DNA of 64,000 nt from Bigelowiella natans CCMP2755. Lineage: Eukaryota; Protista; Cercozoa. Below the pieces are notes generated by a model. That model made no database searches and was not told the origin of the DNA. It saw only the letters and a list, made by a program, of their open reading frames with translations. Of this stretch, positions 12,132-27,143 are shown one piece after another (positions within the stretch are counted from its first letter, which is position 1; the number at the start of each line of letters is the position of its first letter). Made by a program: the position numbers and the translations under genes. The stretch spans positions 1 through 64,000 of the forward strand of contig ADNK01000005.1 in NCBI GenBank assembly GCA_000320545.1. The letters are read 5' to 3'.

Positions 12132-13372
12132 GTGATAGCCTGAATGAAGCATTGATGATTTTTGTCGTTCGAAAGTATCCTCTATTGCGTTGGATCGGCA
12201 TGTTTGTTGGTCATACACATTGTGGATCTAGCTATGGTGGTGTTGTTTTATCTTACATGCTGTCGTTGCTCGGAAGAAGCCTCCCGGAAGCTGAGGCCCG
12301 TCTTGATATCCGAAGGAATGGACACCCCAGCTGTGCGTATGCTGGGAGAATAGAGGATGTAAATACTTGACGATGTTTCATGATGGTGACGGCTAGGAAT
12401 GTGAAGAAATCATGCACATCTTTTCAATACACGGTGTTCTTGGCAACATCATGGCTGCGTATTTGATGATACAAACATACATTCGTGGATCTCTGACGTC
12501 CAGTGAGTGGAAAACAGAGCCTGTAAAGAAGAATAAGAAGAATATCAAGGACATAGCAGGCAACGATGCCGACAGCAAGGAGGCACCTGTTTTGACCACA
12601 ACCACAGAGATAGATAGGGGCGAGTGCTATCATCATTGATTACATTTTATGTTTAAATCTATACTCAATACCGACCGAAGAAGCAAGTTCCATCAGCATG
12701 GGACCCCACACGGCAGACGCGAGGCCTCAACGCTATTATTATCGAAAGGAGGCCAAACATCAAAGGATAGCAGAACATCGGGAGAACTAACACGACAACA
12801 AGAACAACACCTACTACTACTACTACTACTACTACTGCTGCTGCTGCTACTGCTACTACTACCGCCAAGCTGGTCGAAGTCGCGAGAGCCCGTTACCACG
12901 TTCAATAGCACCTGAAAAGAGGGAGCAGCAGCGGCAGTAACAGAGACACAAAATAAAGGCGTAGATACATCATCAACGCACATGGTGGCTGCATGCTGTA
13001 TGTACGAAGAACGATAATGTGCGGAAAATAACATCCTTTTGATCGATGCAAAGGACAAGCAATCAGACTGCTGCTGCTGCTGCTGCTGCTGCAAAGCCGT
13101 CATGTATCATCACTACCATTACAATTACTACTACTACTACAACAACTACTACAACTACTACTACTACTACTACTAATAATAATAATAATACACATAAAAC
13201 AACGCAGAAGGAACAGTAGCAACACCTGTACTTCGCCATCTGCAATACTCAGGAGCATTCTCTGAAGCCACTGAGGCATTGGAGCTGACGCACTCTGCTT
13301 TGTCGATGATGGCGACGACGATGAAGCAGCAGCAGCAGCAGTAGCATTGGTACAACCTTTACGTGACATGGC
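10555..13372 (-). CDS. Multi-exon hypothetical membrane protein, possibly the 3' part of the upstream minus-strand gene
   Basis: Short GT-AG-bounded exons lie between microsatellite introns. Hydrophobic segments: LPMFCYPLMFGLLSIIIAL, LPAMSLIFFLFFFTG, and last exon FMNFVFINIILLTSFSLLGIIVCCSWI. Confidence 0.45.
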
Positions 13373-13419
13373 CATTAATGATAGTGATAATGATGAGGAA
13401 AATAGGAAGAAGAGAAACC

Positions 13420-14032
13420 TGAAATTGGGGAAGGAGCAGCAGTGCGAGCTGTCGTTGATACAACGTGGCCTGATAATCAACAATAATGGCAGCGACAACG
13501 ACGGCACAACGACGGTGAGATCCAGTATTGATACTGTATCACCGCTGCTGCTGTAGTGTGTTCATGGTACTACAACTACAATCGCTATTTTTGACGACAG
13601 AATAAATGATGAAAAATGATGATGATGATGATGATGATGATGATTGCAGTCTGATGCTGTTAGATACAAGGTCAGCCATCGTTTGTTGTCGTCGTCGTCG
13701 TCGTCGAGAAATAAGCTAGTATTTTCTCCGTATGTGTAAAAAATACACACTCCCCCCCCCCCTTCTATTCCACCCCAACACATTTGGACCACCGTTGGCC
13801 GATGTACGCATTCGCTTAGCGCCTCTCTTCCCCGACCCCATGCTGGCCATTGTAGAGCTGGCAGATGGCGCAGCGTGGGATGATGATATAATGGGGGTAG
13901 CTCCAGCAGGAATATCCTCTGTAACATTCATTTACTTAACGCTGCGAAGTCCAACATCCGTATCATAAACAACACAAACCCTCCCTTGCCAACACACGCA
14001 CATGTGTGAATACACACATAGACACTACTATT

Positions 14033-14072
<40 letters not shown>

Positions 14073-14857
14073 GCCGAATCGCACCGTCGGGGATATGAGC
14101 ACGTGCACGCTTTGGCTGTGACTTGCGAATCTCGTTCTGCTCCAAATGGTACCTGAAAAAGGAGGAGGGGAGGGGGGGGTGAAGGAAGGAGGAAGGAGGA
14201 AGAAGAATATAGATTAAGAGGGCTCTGCTATTTGTATGCACGTTTCTTTGTTTGATGTGTCCCCTCCCTCGTACGCAAGGATGATAGTAATGAAGAACAC
14301 TGTGAAGGTTGGAGCATTGATAATAATCGAGCAGCAACGGACAACATATCAACGGAATAGTGGCATTGATGAGCTTGCTCTTGAGTGAATTGAATTATAA
14401 GTCCAGAACAAGCACGTCGATGATTTATTTAACCAAGACACGATTACAGCAGATTATTAGTTTTTCAACTGCTGTCTGTACAAGCTTCGTCGCGAGAGAG
14501 CAGACAATAAATCATCGAATATTGTTGTGCCACCACCACCAGCAGCAGCAGCAGCAGCAGCATCATCAATGAAAACACGTTTCACGACCAATATTCCATG
14601 CAGCAGCCAGTGTGCAGATTTTGATACTCAACTTGGACCTGCGTTATGATAGCGGCGGATATCATTAGTAGTTTTGATTGGTGAAGAAAAGAAGAAGAAG
14701 AAGAAGAAGAAGAAGAAGAAGAAGAAGATGATGATGAAGATGGTGAGGTGTGCATGAAGTATAGGAGGAGGAAGATGATTGATTTATTGATTGATTGATG
14801 ATTAGTGGCAGTGGTGTTGGTGGAGGGCGATAATGATTAAGATGATGGTGGGACTGA

Positions 14858-14930
<73 letters not shown>

Positions 14931-15567
14931 AAGACGTGATACGACATAATCTTCCCCCTTCTCCTCCTCCTTCTCCTTATCATCATCATCATCATCATCA
15001 TCATCATAATCCCGTCGATGCAGGTGACTTAGTACATAGATGAATACCTCATTGGCATCTATCTTGGTCACTATTCCTACAATCCAACTCGATCTCCTAA
15101 TAAACAAAAGAATAGAATATCTATATGATGACGATGGTGATGATTGATGACGATTGATGATTATTGTGCCACAATGAAAATGATTATGGAAAAAATCACA
15201 CACGAAACTGAGAGAAAAGAGGAGAAAAATGAAGATGCATTATGCATGTACACAGATAGTGACAATCAAAATAGCGGCGGCGACGACGACGTAGACGACG
15301 ACTCACGTAGGTTTGGGCTTCCGTTGCTTTATCATGACGGGTTCTCCCTTGGCATATGGATACACTGTCCTTCGGTTTCTGCAAATAATGATGAAGGGCA
15401 AGGGCGTTGATGAGGAAGAATGAAACCAAACTAGCTTGTTGGGAATATATCAGAGCAATTTTGCGCTTTCTACTTGTACTTATTATCGTTTTCACAGTGA
15501 CTCCATTATCAACGAAATCGATTCTGCAAACATGAGTGTCCTCCACAAGAAGGTCATTGACTTTGAG

Positions 15568-15604
<37 letters not shown>

Positions 15605-15705
15605 TGATGATGATGATTTATTACCCCTGCCATAACAGCAAGTCCACCCTTAGCTGATATGGCGGTTGATTGACAAAACAACAAAAGATTAGGAAAGAAA
15701 CGGAT

Positions 15706-15745
<40 letters not shown>

Positions 15746-18015
15746 AACCAAACCTATGGTGCTAAACACTTGGTGTATGTATGTATGTATGTATGTATGT
15801 ATGCACGTATGTTGGTATGTATGCCACTTGATGAATATTATCATCCATGCTTTTCCGAAGATTATACCGCAAAATACATGCTTGCACCAGAGATTGAGCT
15901 GGTCGCCACCGTCGTTAAAATCACCACCACCACCATCATGATAACCATCATCTAATGTATCCTTCTTGTTCTTCTTCTGGTTATCTACCTGCAGCTCCTT
16001 CACTGTTTCCAGAATCGTGGATGCATGTGCAGGGTTTTCGGGGGTCACTACGTTGTAACATTGACAACAAGAACAACACTTATGAGCTCATCATCATCAT
16101 CATCATCATCACAATCATAATCAACAACCATTCATTCATAAAATGAGAGATCGATGCTACTATATAAGAAGTAAAGTAAAAGGCTTTTGTCCATCGAGCA
16201 GTGAATAATACAGTCGTGATAGTTGAATTATCATTATTATTACTATTATCATCATCATCATTATCAATATTATTATAATCCGTTTGGTCCCCCTCCCCAC
16301 CTTCAACTCCTCCAAATGGCTTGATACAGATGATCTCGTATCCTGCCTGATAATTTCAGCGATAAGATTGCAAACCAACGGTATGGTGAAGGAGGAAAGA
16401 AGTAGCAGCAGCACCAGTGGAGAGTAGCAGAGAAAGAATTAATGGACGAATGGAGTGATGGATGGATGGATGGATGATGAGAAAGCCTCGACGAATACCT
16501 CGATGCCTTGGATATCCGCCTGGGAACCAGGCGTCACTGACATGATTCGTGTCGGTATTATTTTCCTCCTCGCCTTCGATGATGATGATGATGATGATGA
16601 TGGTGGTGGTGGGGGAGAAGTAGTAGCAGCAGAAGATGAAGCCTCTGTGGATGCCACTGCTGCCGCAGCTGTAGATGCAAACATACTGGGACATGACGAC
16701 GATAGTATTCTCCTATCCTTTGTGATCTTCCTCTTCTTTTCATCCTGCTGCTGCTGGTTCATAGCTGCTCTCGGTGATGATTCATGGCCAGCTCCTTGCT
16801 GCCTCCCCCCACGTGCTCCAGCTGCTGATAACGACCCGCCGTCCTCACGATCGGTGTCCTTATTCTCACGCTGCAGGGCTATTCCGAGCGGTAACGACGC
16901 GTCCAAATTCACGATCACCCTCTGTGTATGTATGGCGGTGGTGGTGCTGTTAGCGATTCAGTGACAACGATGACGACGACGACGACGATGACATGGACAT
17001 TTCATTGAAATGGGGGGCGTGGGGGGGCGTGGAGAGGAGGGCAAAAACTCAATAAAGCAATGGTCATTGTGATGGGTGTAGGAGGATAAGGTTGAAAAAG
17101 GAGATAATTAGCTTAAAGAACCAACAGCAACATCGCCAGCAGCATGAATATAAGGAGATTAAATATACGAAAGATAGCACTTTGCTGAATCGGGACTTAG
17201 GCGCGAATCGGTCCTATAAAGTGTAATAAAACGATGAAATCACATCCTGCTACTGTTGGCCATTGGAGGAGGGCGTTGGGTATTACTAAAACAACAACAA
17301 CAACTACTACTACTACTGCTACTACAACAATCTCAAAAGTCACGGGAGGAGTACAAATCACCGCTAGTACCTGCTCAGTTTTCCAATTTATGATTTCGTC
17401 GTAGCTTCTGCTCCAACCCACGTAATGCACGTCCACAAAATCATTTGTCGACGACGACGATGACGAATCGCTCATCTTTCGGATAAAAAAGAGGAAAGGG
17501 AACCGGGGGGAGGGGGAGGGGGGGGGGGGGGGGTTAAAATAAAATATTTTGAAGTAGTTCACCAGGACGTCTCAAACCACACAATGAAATAGGAGAAATA
17601 CCATCGATTTGGATATCGAGGATGATCTCGCGACGACCTGGTTGTAAGGGTAGTAGGATGGATCAAACATTATTGTACATCAATATACACTACTCTGAGA
17701 TTTCTTCATACAGTTGACATTATAATAATACCTTACAATTGCGAACGATTGCCAAAATCCATTTACCAAATAAATCTCTCACGTCCATCAAACCGGAAGG
17801 CTTTTGCATCATCGACTTGCTTATCGCCTCCCCCTCCTCACTAAACACCCCGAAATCGTCAATGGGGGGGGGAGGGGGCGCAGAAGGGACTAGACAATGT
17901 TTAGAATCGCCATCGATTCCCTAATCGATTGAGCCACAAACAAAGGGAAGGAGATATGAATGTGATGATAGCGATAGAAGGGTTCCAATTCAAACTTTCC
18001 TTTCATCGATAGTGG

Positions 18016-18068
<53 letters not shown>

Positions 18069-19030
18069 CCACACGCATGCACACACATGCACACACATGC
18101 ACACACATGCACACAGAGCGTTGGACATCGATCTCTCCCTGCTCCAATAATGCCCCTGCACACGCGCCTTACCACTACTACTACTGCTACACTACGGCTA
18201 CCTCGTGACTATGCTGAAGTGGGCCATCACACGGCAACAAACGAGCGCCAACTGCCCGATATCGCTTGTTGTTCTTACGACGTGCAATGAGTGGGGACCC
18301 TGGAGGAAGCTCATCCTCCTCCTCCTCCTCCTCCTCCTCCTCTTCCTCCTGCTGCTGCTGATATTCATCGTTTCCCAAGCCAGCTCCTGCTGCCTGGGGA
18401 GAGGTACTACTACTCCACAGTGGCTGCTGCTTTTTGTACAAATCATCTTCAGCACCGTTGCCCTTCTTCTGTGCAGTATGCACAGCGTGGAGCTTCAGCT
18501 TCGCCGCCATTCCTTCCTCTTCCTCCTCCTCCTCCTCCTCCCTCCTTCTCCTCCTCATTTGACGCTTGCGTGACGACAGTGGGGATTTTTGCCGTGTGGG
18601 ATTCCTATTCCCTCCTCTTATGCTTCCAATCCTGTCCTCAATAGCTCCTTGCTGCTGCTGCTGTCTCTTCTTTCTTCTTTGCAAATCCAGTGACGGAGAG
18701 CCTGCAGGTAGGGATTTCTCCCATGGGAAGGTCCTCTTGCCTTCAATCTCGTCGTGTTGTTGTTGTTGCTGCTGCTGCTTCTCCTTCCCCATCACAGTGA
18801 TAGTATCGCCGTGGTTCTGGGTGTTATCCCCTTCATTTTTCCGCCTCGTAGTAAGATCCTTACTAGGCACACCAGCGAAAATTCGAGACCACAATGGTCC
18901 GGCTAATAATGTACACATTTTAACAACACATATTATATACATTGTTATTTTCATCATCCTCCCCCCCCTCCTCCGCTTCCGCGGCATTCTCTGCTTCGCC
19001 CTTTGCCACATAAACTAGTCTCATAATTGA
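13420..19030 (-). CDS. Multi-exon protein with Tudor-knot/chromo-barrel and PDZ-like domains
   Basis: Tudor-knot: MDVRDLFGKWILAIV (about 17740-17795) and VDVHYVGWSRSYDEIINWKTEQ|DRFAP (17200-17445). PDZ pattern: LDASLPLGIAL...IMSVTPGSQADIQGIE|AGYEIICI (16300-16920). A second barrel-like stretch reads SSWIVGIVTKIDANE|VQVEYQN. Gene limits are uncertain. Confidence 0.5.
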
Positions 19031-19126
19031 TGACAACACCACAAAAACATCCAATTGCAGAAGAAGGAGCCTCGACGGAATTACACCATATCTTTATTTA
19101 TCAATCGGAGCATTCTCTAGTTCATC

Positions 19127-22100
19127 TATCCATCAAGGTATGGATACTGTGACTTGCCACTACTTCTGTTATTATTATTATTATTCCTCTTCTTTTGATA
19201 CAACCTGTGGAGCCTTTGAAAATGGAGGTGTAGCATGAGGCAAGAGGCTGCCCAGTCCCGTAGTGCAACTAGGTAGGAACATCAGTCGTGACGTTCGAGC
19301 AAGGGGGGGGTGCAGTTAGATTGTTTTCCAAATTATGAGAAGGAAAGGAAAGCGATAAGAGAGCGAATGATGGATTCACTATAAAGGACAAAGGAGGACA
19401 ACAACCCATACTCATACCCGCTGAATCTCTAGGAATTTTCGTTTATCACAGGGCTGAGGCTTGACCAAACATCGTGCCCTTATATTGAAGGGGGGGAGGG
19501 GGGGATGTAGAAAGAGGGTGTATTGACATCAGCCCTTGCTAACATGCAAAATTAAGTCTCGTTGTCATCATCATATTAATCGAAAAACAAGTTTTCACTG
19601 GTTGTTAGGCTAGTAGGACAATGCTGTTACCCGAAAAAGCTGCTGAAAGAGCCAGTTGGGCTGGAGGAGGAGAGGGGGGAGAGAGGAGCTTGAGGAGTGA
19701 ACCCCAAGCTAGTGCTAGATCGACTCTCCCTCCTCCTCGTCATTCCCAAGCAGCCTTCATCTTTAGCATTATAACCATCGTCATTGCCTGCTTCCTTGAT
19801 GTCCTCGCCCACCATATTGTTGTTTGTTTCTGAGAAATTCGAAGAGAAGGAGGAGGAGAACGTATCGTTGCGACGATGCTGCAGCTGAGTATACTCACGT
19901 CCATGCTCCTCGTTGCCCACCCCCCACCAGTTTCCACCGTCCGTCGTCGCAGCTTCTAAGGGTGCCTAAGAAGGGAGGGTAAGGAATAACACTTCGCGAA
20001 AAGGGTTGTTTTAACAAAATCAAGCAGTTTTTACCCCCAATGCGAAGTGAGAGCCAGCATGGCCGACAAGTATAAGGTGTGAGGAGGCGGGAACGTTAGC
20101 GATTAACTTCTGCAGCAATGCTGCACTGCGTATCAGGGTCTCCGAGTGCTGCATATTATCAGGTATACTTAAGTGCTGTGACAGACATCTAACCCCCTCT
20201 TCCTTTCCCTCGCTCTAATTCACAACCGATTCGTTCTTCGAGAGGGGGGAGGCGAAACCGTGGTAACGAGGGTCGACAGGGATGCCGAAAGCGGAGCTCT
20301 CTGTTAGGGTCAAGAATTTCATTTGCGCTGCCTAACAACATCAAAACATGTGGGTGATGATGTGACGGCCAGCGAGAACAAAGGCTACATGAAGGATGCA
20401 GGACCTCCATTTCCAAGCAATCGAATTAATATACGTAAAACAAGAGTACTCTCAACTTAGTCAAAAGCAACTATTACCTTTGGGGGAGGGTAGAAGCCCG
20501 TACACTCAAACAGATGATTCTCAACTCGCACCTAGGTAGATTGGTTATACAACGACGCCAAAAGATGAGATAATTATAGAGCAATACAGCATGCGTGTGG
20601 AGTATTGCCAGGACTCGATCTCTTTTTTGCTACCTTCGCGAACCGTCCCACCGCCTTCGCAATCTGGAAAAAATGACGGGGGGGGAATGGCACGTATTCG
20701 TTTTTTGGTCGGCTAGCAAGAATCCACATAAATGATGATGGTACAACCTCTGCCGCTGTTTGCAGGCAGCCCAGTGCCGGTGATGACACGATCACGCACC
20801 TGCACCGAATTCGTTATTCCGATAAGAGTACGATGATTAGTTGCGGCTTTCCTCATGTGATTAGACCATAATGGAATTCTGTTTTCGAAGACAAGGATAG
20901 CATATGCAGGGACTCTACCCTTCTTTCCTCAGCATCGGAAAATTTCTCACAAGAGCCTCAGCATTTTCACGCGCAAAATGCAATCCTTTCCGATCTAATG
21001 GGGGATCCTGTGAGGATAAATAGATTATCGTCAACAACATCGTCATCCACGTTTTGGAATTTGAACTGCTGCTGCATAAAGAAGGTTAGGACCAAAAGGT
21101 CTACAATTACCAGTGCGTGATGCTCCATTGTTCGTGCTGGTACAAAAGGGGGCATGCTCTCCGTGGGCTCGTATCTATAGTATAATGCCGAAAGAGAATA
21201 TGAGGAAACGTGGGAAGGAGACACTGTGCAACCTCCAAATATGCCAAAATGGATGCATTTTCATTATCCGAAACGACTTATTACAAACATCAATATCTTC
21301 CTTCCTTATCTCTAATATGTCTGTGCTCTAGTGGCCCCCCCCTCGTCCTTACATCCAAGCCCGATTCGGCCCTTTCTTAAAAGCTCTATGAATCTGTTGA
21401 GAAGCGAAATTCAAGTTATTATGACTGTAGTGATACACTTGAGCTGAGATTTTCCTTCTTGGTGATGAATTTTTTTAACTCTCATTTTGTCATATAAGGA
21501 TAAGACCCAGTCGTGACTCCCAAACTGGACTTGAGTTGAGTGGCGCATCACAACAAGCAGCCGCCCCTGAAAAAGGGAGGATTAGTCTCCTGGATCTACT
21601 CTATTCTCGAAGATTTTCCATAGACATTCTTCACTGATCAATCCCGAAACGGTATGGAATGCAGAAATAGCAACACAGCCCGTTGGGTGAAGAGGATTAC
21701 CTGACCGTTCACCTTCCCCTCATCCGTCGACTCCGCCTCCATATTTCGGATCGGGTCCAGACTTTTGGATACTGCAATACACATTTTAATCCATTTTTTT
21801 AGGTTATTCTTTCGATAAAATATGCTACTACGCTATGAGTATGCCGTGTCCATGCCTTGAGCAGAATGCGATACAGCAGCTGCACCTTTGAGGCAAAGAA
21901 TTTCCCTTTGAATATCCTATTTTCTCCTCTCGGAAGTGGCTTCCTCTTCTCTTAAACGATACTTCTATGGCGACAATCAGCACATCATGTCACAATCCTG
22001 AAATGCATCGTATTTTTATCTACTTCGTAAGTCGACCGCTTTGGTTACCAACCCAGCGACAAGAAGTTCGGAGAAAGTATTGGAAATTCTAACTGGGATG

Positions 22101-22180
22101 ACGGGATAATGCCATGAAAGGATAAAATCGCCTAAAAAAAGCTACATGCGTCAACAACTTGCTCGAACTCGGGTTGCCAT
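19127..22180 (-). CDS. Histidine phosphatase superfamily (phosphoglycerate mutase-like, Sts/UBASH3-type) protein, multi-exon
   Basis: Motifs occur in order across exons: LLVVMRHS (about 21537-21560), DPPLDRKG, VIVSSPALGCLQTAAE, VRVENHLFE, VDPRY, HLILVGHAG. Start is either 21742 or 22180, and the end is approximate. Confidence 0.7.
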
Positions 22181-22492
22181 ACTCTTTCGGTAGCCCTCCC
22201 CTTCCCATTCAGAAATTGCTTTCTTGTATGATCCATGTATCACTTCGCCTATGCCTGATTTTGGGGTTTATGTGTATCTTGAAGTTGCGGAATTTCATAG
22301 AATATTAAAGGCAAATTCAATTTCATAGCATAAAAAAATTCTATTTCGTAGTAATCTCTCGAGCGGAATTCGATCACCGTTTTGCAATAAGAGACTGCCC
22401 AAATTTGACTTGGATTCGTTCCTTTCCAGGGCTGTCCAAAGTATTTTCCGCAACTGGTGTTTTGAGGGGGTTTCAAAATAGCTAAGCAAAGG

Positions 22493-24815
22493 ATGGAAGC
22501 AGAGAAGGAGCAAGAGAGAAGCGAGTCCCGAGGAACCGACGGACGTAGCAACCTCGGAAGTACTAGCAGTATAATGTCTCGATCCCCAATGGCTGTTGAT
22601 GAAAATGAAGGCAGGAAACAGAAGGTTCGTAAACAATTCGTATCAGAGCTGGAATTTCTGAGTAGTCCGGTGCGTATTATCAATTTAGACTCCACCAAGT
22701 GACGATCACGGGAATAAGACAACAGAAACTCCGAAGAAACAGAAACTTTGGTATCCATCGAGTTTCTCTGCCCCATAACACCCTACATTTCCCTATTTTG
22801 GTATTGTAGTATTTTCCTTCGTTCCTCGTCTTCTCATTCCCGAAAACAGTGTCTGAATCAAAGACAACTTTCGATTATCTTTTTATGCTGAGTGGTTGCT
22901 GCCATAAGCAAGAATGTTGATATCGTAATCTGATCTCTCTTATTTTCCCCACCAATTTTGCAAAGTTCTACAGTAGTAAAATCTCCTGCCCAACGCTTGT
23001 CATCTGCTCCACTTGTAGAAGTATTTACCTTCACTATTGAGGCTTTTCCAGAAAGTCTCTCCCTCCCCAGATTGGTGAATAATCCATATCAAAACATATA
23101 CTACTATATGTGCAGCATGAAGAGTAGAGTTGCGATGCAAATTTGGATCTTGAACGCAGAAACAATGAGAGGATACCAAAAAGTCGTTTCTGTTGGTCTA
23201 CCTGCTCTTATTTATCGTCGTTATGTTCGTTATATATCATGCGGGGGTGTTCAAAGTCCCTCGTTTGCAAGTCCTGGAATACGGTTGCTCGAAACCCAAA
23301 CCTTTGGATGATAGCTTACACTACGAGGTAAGTGAGGAAGGGGCGACGGGGAACGAATCACATCGAAATTATGGAGTCCTTGCCAATGTGGGAGGAGGGA
23401 GGGGAGGGAGAGAAGGATGATATGTAAATACATTCCTGCTTTATTTTTTTCTATCCCCACCACCCAACAGATTTCCACGTGCCTTTAAACTAAGTCTGAA
23501 GAAGCTCCGTGAGGAGACCGCTGATGAGTCTAAAGGAGGCAAAAAATCAAAGGGGGATGATAAGAATACCGACAGTGATGATATGAAAATAAAAATAGAC
23601 GGCAGCGGGAAAGAAGCGAGGAATAGCAGCACAGAGGGAGGGACAAGCACGCAAAGTGGCAGTGGCGGTAGTAGCATGGAGACGGAGGGGGAAACTACAG
23701 AGGAGACAGAGGAGAAGTTGGGCGGTGAAGAAAGCGATGTAAGCGACAGTGAGGAAAAGGAAGAAGAAGAACTTGATAAAATGCCCCCAGCAACACCAGC
23801 GGAAATCCGAGTCATCATGGTCTCCAAACACAACCCATGAGGGGTGGGGGGAAGGGGGGGGAGGATATGAAATTATTTTAATAAGGGCGGATGAAAAATA
23901 CGAAATTTTAAATTTGCTAGAAATGGTGGTGGCTACTAGGAAGGGGGGCAAGCGATGATGATTCGGTTTGATGGAGCAGTAAATTATATACAGTACACTG
24001 CCCTAATAATCAATATACTTAATGATGTTTTCATGCTCTTCTTCTTTTCAGAGATCCTCCAATGCACGTACACGCGTCGAAACACTCACAAAACAGGTAT
24101 CACGCTTTCTTCTTTCCCCCCCCTGTCTTATTCCTTCCTTTTTGTATTGAGCTTTCACACATCACAAACAATGATCGGTCACTGCCATCTAATCCCATAC
24201 CATGAGATGCTAATTACCCAAATCTGCGAGTTCTTGAAATCGTCCAATGCCCCCCCCCCCCCGAGAGAGTACTGACAAAGAAATTGCACACAGGCTCTGA
24301 TATATAAGAAGGCTGCACGCCATGTGGAGGAGATGCGCCAAAAGGGAAACGAGAAGTAAAACAAAGCACACGAAGCTTCAATAAAAATGATGTTGATGTT
24401 GATTTGATCATCACCAACATCATCCTTATCATTAACAGTATCATTATGATCTTACAGTCTATCTCCACCTCCTCCTCTCCTCCTCCTCCTATTAACTCGA
24501 CTACTATTTCCATCGCTCTACTGCTGGTGGTGGTATCGTACAGATTCAAGGAGGGGAAATTGGAAGATGCGCTGCGTACATACCATGACGGATTTGAGCG
24601 CGGAGAGAAAGCACTCACGTAAGGAATGGAGAAGGGGGGGGAAGGGAGGTTGAGGAGCGGATCTTATCACCAACAATGTTCCTGATTGTTGAAAAGAAGA
24701 AGAAGAAGATGATGATGATGATGACAACGATGATGATGGTGATCATGAAAGTGCAGCATTAAAAGCAGAACATCGCCTATATGGATATATGTATGTAATA
24801 TATTTGTATTGTGTG

Positions 24816-24859
<44 letters not shown>

Positions 24860-25328
24860 GGTCTAGTCGTAGCAATGATACGTGCAGAGGCACCATGGAG
24901 AGTGAGTGAATTTATCAGATGTTATTCCTGCTACCTGCTGCCACTGTGTCGTTTCAGGACAAATCGTGTTCTTTAACCACCATCATCGCATGTATTCTTG
25001 GGGATGTTGCTGCTATTTTGATGCACAGCAGATATTTGTAGCAGCAGCAGTAGTAGTAGTAGTAGTAGTAGTAGTTGTGAATATTAGTAGCAGTATGTGG
25101 TGTCATCACTTCATCATTATCACGATGTTGGTCGCCGTTCCCTAATGTTTCTGATCTCCTCTTCCCACTTCCTTCGGTGTTTGGACTGTAAAAAGATAAC
25201 GCTCGTAATGAAGGATAGGAGTGCTTTCGCATTGCTGTACGTTGGCTTTGTGCGAGAGGGGGGGTGGGGTGGGGGGATATTGAAAATATAAATTTAGATA
25301 TTTGCCGTCAGTGACGGTATACTACGGG

Positions 25329-25361
<33 letters not shown>

Positions 25362-26542
25362 TGTCTGTTGTGTTGTTTGAGTGTTGCGCTATCTGTCTGA
25401 GGTAGGCTGTTTGTTTGTCCCCCTCCTCCTCCTCCTCCTCATTATCATCATCAGCTTTGGAGAGCTCAATAGAAAGATACAGAAAAGAATTCGCCAGGCT
25501 TTACAACATGTCCTCCTCCTCCTAATCCTTTTCCTCAAAACGCACAATAAAATCGAAGGGATCCAACAACTGCATGCATACATGCAGAGAAAATACAACG
25601 ACAGAATGAACTTATGTCCCCTCTTTTTTTATTTCGGCCCCTCCTCCTCCTCCTCCTCCTCCTCATCTTTCTCCTCTTCCCACTTCTTTATGTGGCCAAC
25701 CACGTGATATTATTATCATCCATCGTGTGTTGTCGTCGTCATCGTCCTCAGGTCATCCCACGCATCAGTCTTGTGCGACACTCAGACGTTCCAGTGGAGG
25801 GGGTGGGAGTCGGTATACATACACAATAACAACACTGATACGTAGTACGACACACGACTTGCTGCAGCAATGAATGACAAGGGGGGGGAGGAGGAGGAGA
25901 AGGAGGAGGAGGAGGAGGAAACAGGGGAGAGAGAGTGTATAGCTGCTGGTCATCAACATCTTCGATTGTCCTCATCATTGCCCTCCTTGTATGGGGAGAA
26001 AACAGATGCTCACCAATGTCTTTGATATCATCACTGCCTTCCTCCTCCTCCTCAGCATCATCATCTTCTTCTTCGTTATCGTCATTATCATCATCATCAC
26101 CATTCATTTCATCGCTTCTATATAATGTGATGAGCAGGCACCATTCTTAGATCAAACCGTGACATGGGCGGCTCGATATTCGACGACTCCTCCGTTATTC
26201 TCTACCAGCATGAGCGTGGCGAAGTAGTAGAAACAACATCAATCATCATCAATTATCCGATGATACCTTCGTCGTCGCCACGACACCATAATTTACGTGG
26301 AAGTCACACTTTTTTTTGAGCCGTGCAACAGGAAAAACGCTATGTATTGACGCAGAACAGCATATCTATCATTTTTGCAATTTCCTATCAGTTGTTTTGA
26401 GAAAACAGATCAATAGAAAAGGGGAGGGGAGAGAGAGAGAGAAGGAGAGAAAGGAAGAGCATTAGAGAAGAAATATCTGTTGTTATTCCTCCTCCTCCTC
26501 CTCCTCCGTGTGTCATTAAATGTGTGTATGTCGTTCATCGTC

Positions 26543-26577
<35 letters not shown>

Positions 26578-26699
26578 GATTACTGCATGTTGCTGCATTC
26601 AAAGGGTTGCCAAGGTATCGTCCTAAACAAACGTGCGACGATGCCAGACGGAAAGACCAGACGAATGGGAGGTGGGTTTGTGTAAAACTCTGAACATAT

Positions 26700-26732
<33 letters not shown>

Positions 26733-26850
26733 AGAAAATAGTGAGTAGCAGTTGTAGTAGCAGGGTGGATGAAAAAGCAGCTGTAATCTATCCTGTGACT
26801 CCATTTTGGCGTATTCTGATGCTGCTGCTGCTGCTGCTGTTTCTGCCATT

Positions 26851-26885
<35 letters not shown>

Positions 26886-27108
26886 CATCACCAGGTCCTG
26901 TGGATCCAACAAGCGAAGTGTATCTACATAACGTACCCGATCTACCGGATGCAAAACGTGTCATGGAGGGCGTTTACTGGGGGGGGGTAAATACTTCATA
27001 AGCCATGAGAAAAGTGTCGCTGATTTGCAGTTATTGATTGAAATAGATTCTAGTGCTAATGGAAGGTGCTCTTTCTGTCGCCCCCACCCCCCCATGTAGT
27101 ATATATTG

Positions 27109-27143
<35 letters not shown>

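Noticed and set aside
25490-26975. Apparent non-canonical GC/GG donor sites in the TPR gene
   Set aside because: Exon ends there are guesses, and every gene I could splice confidently uses GT-AG.
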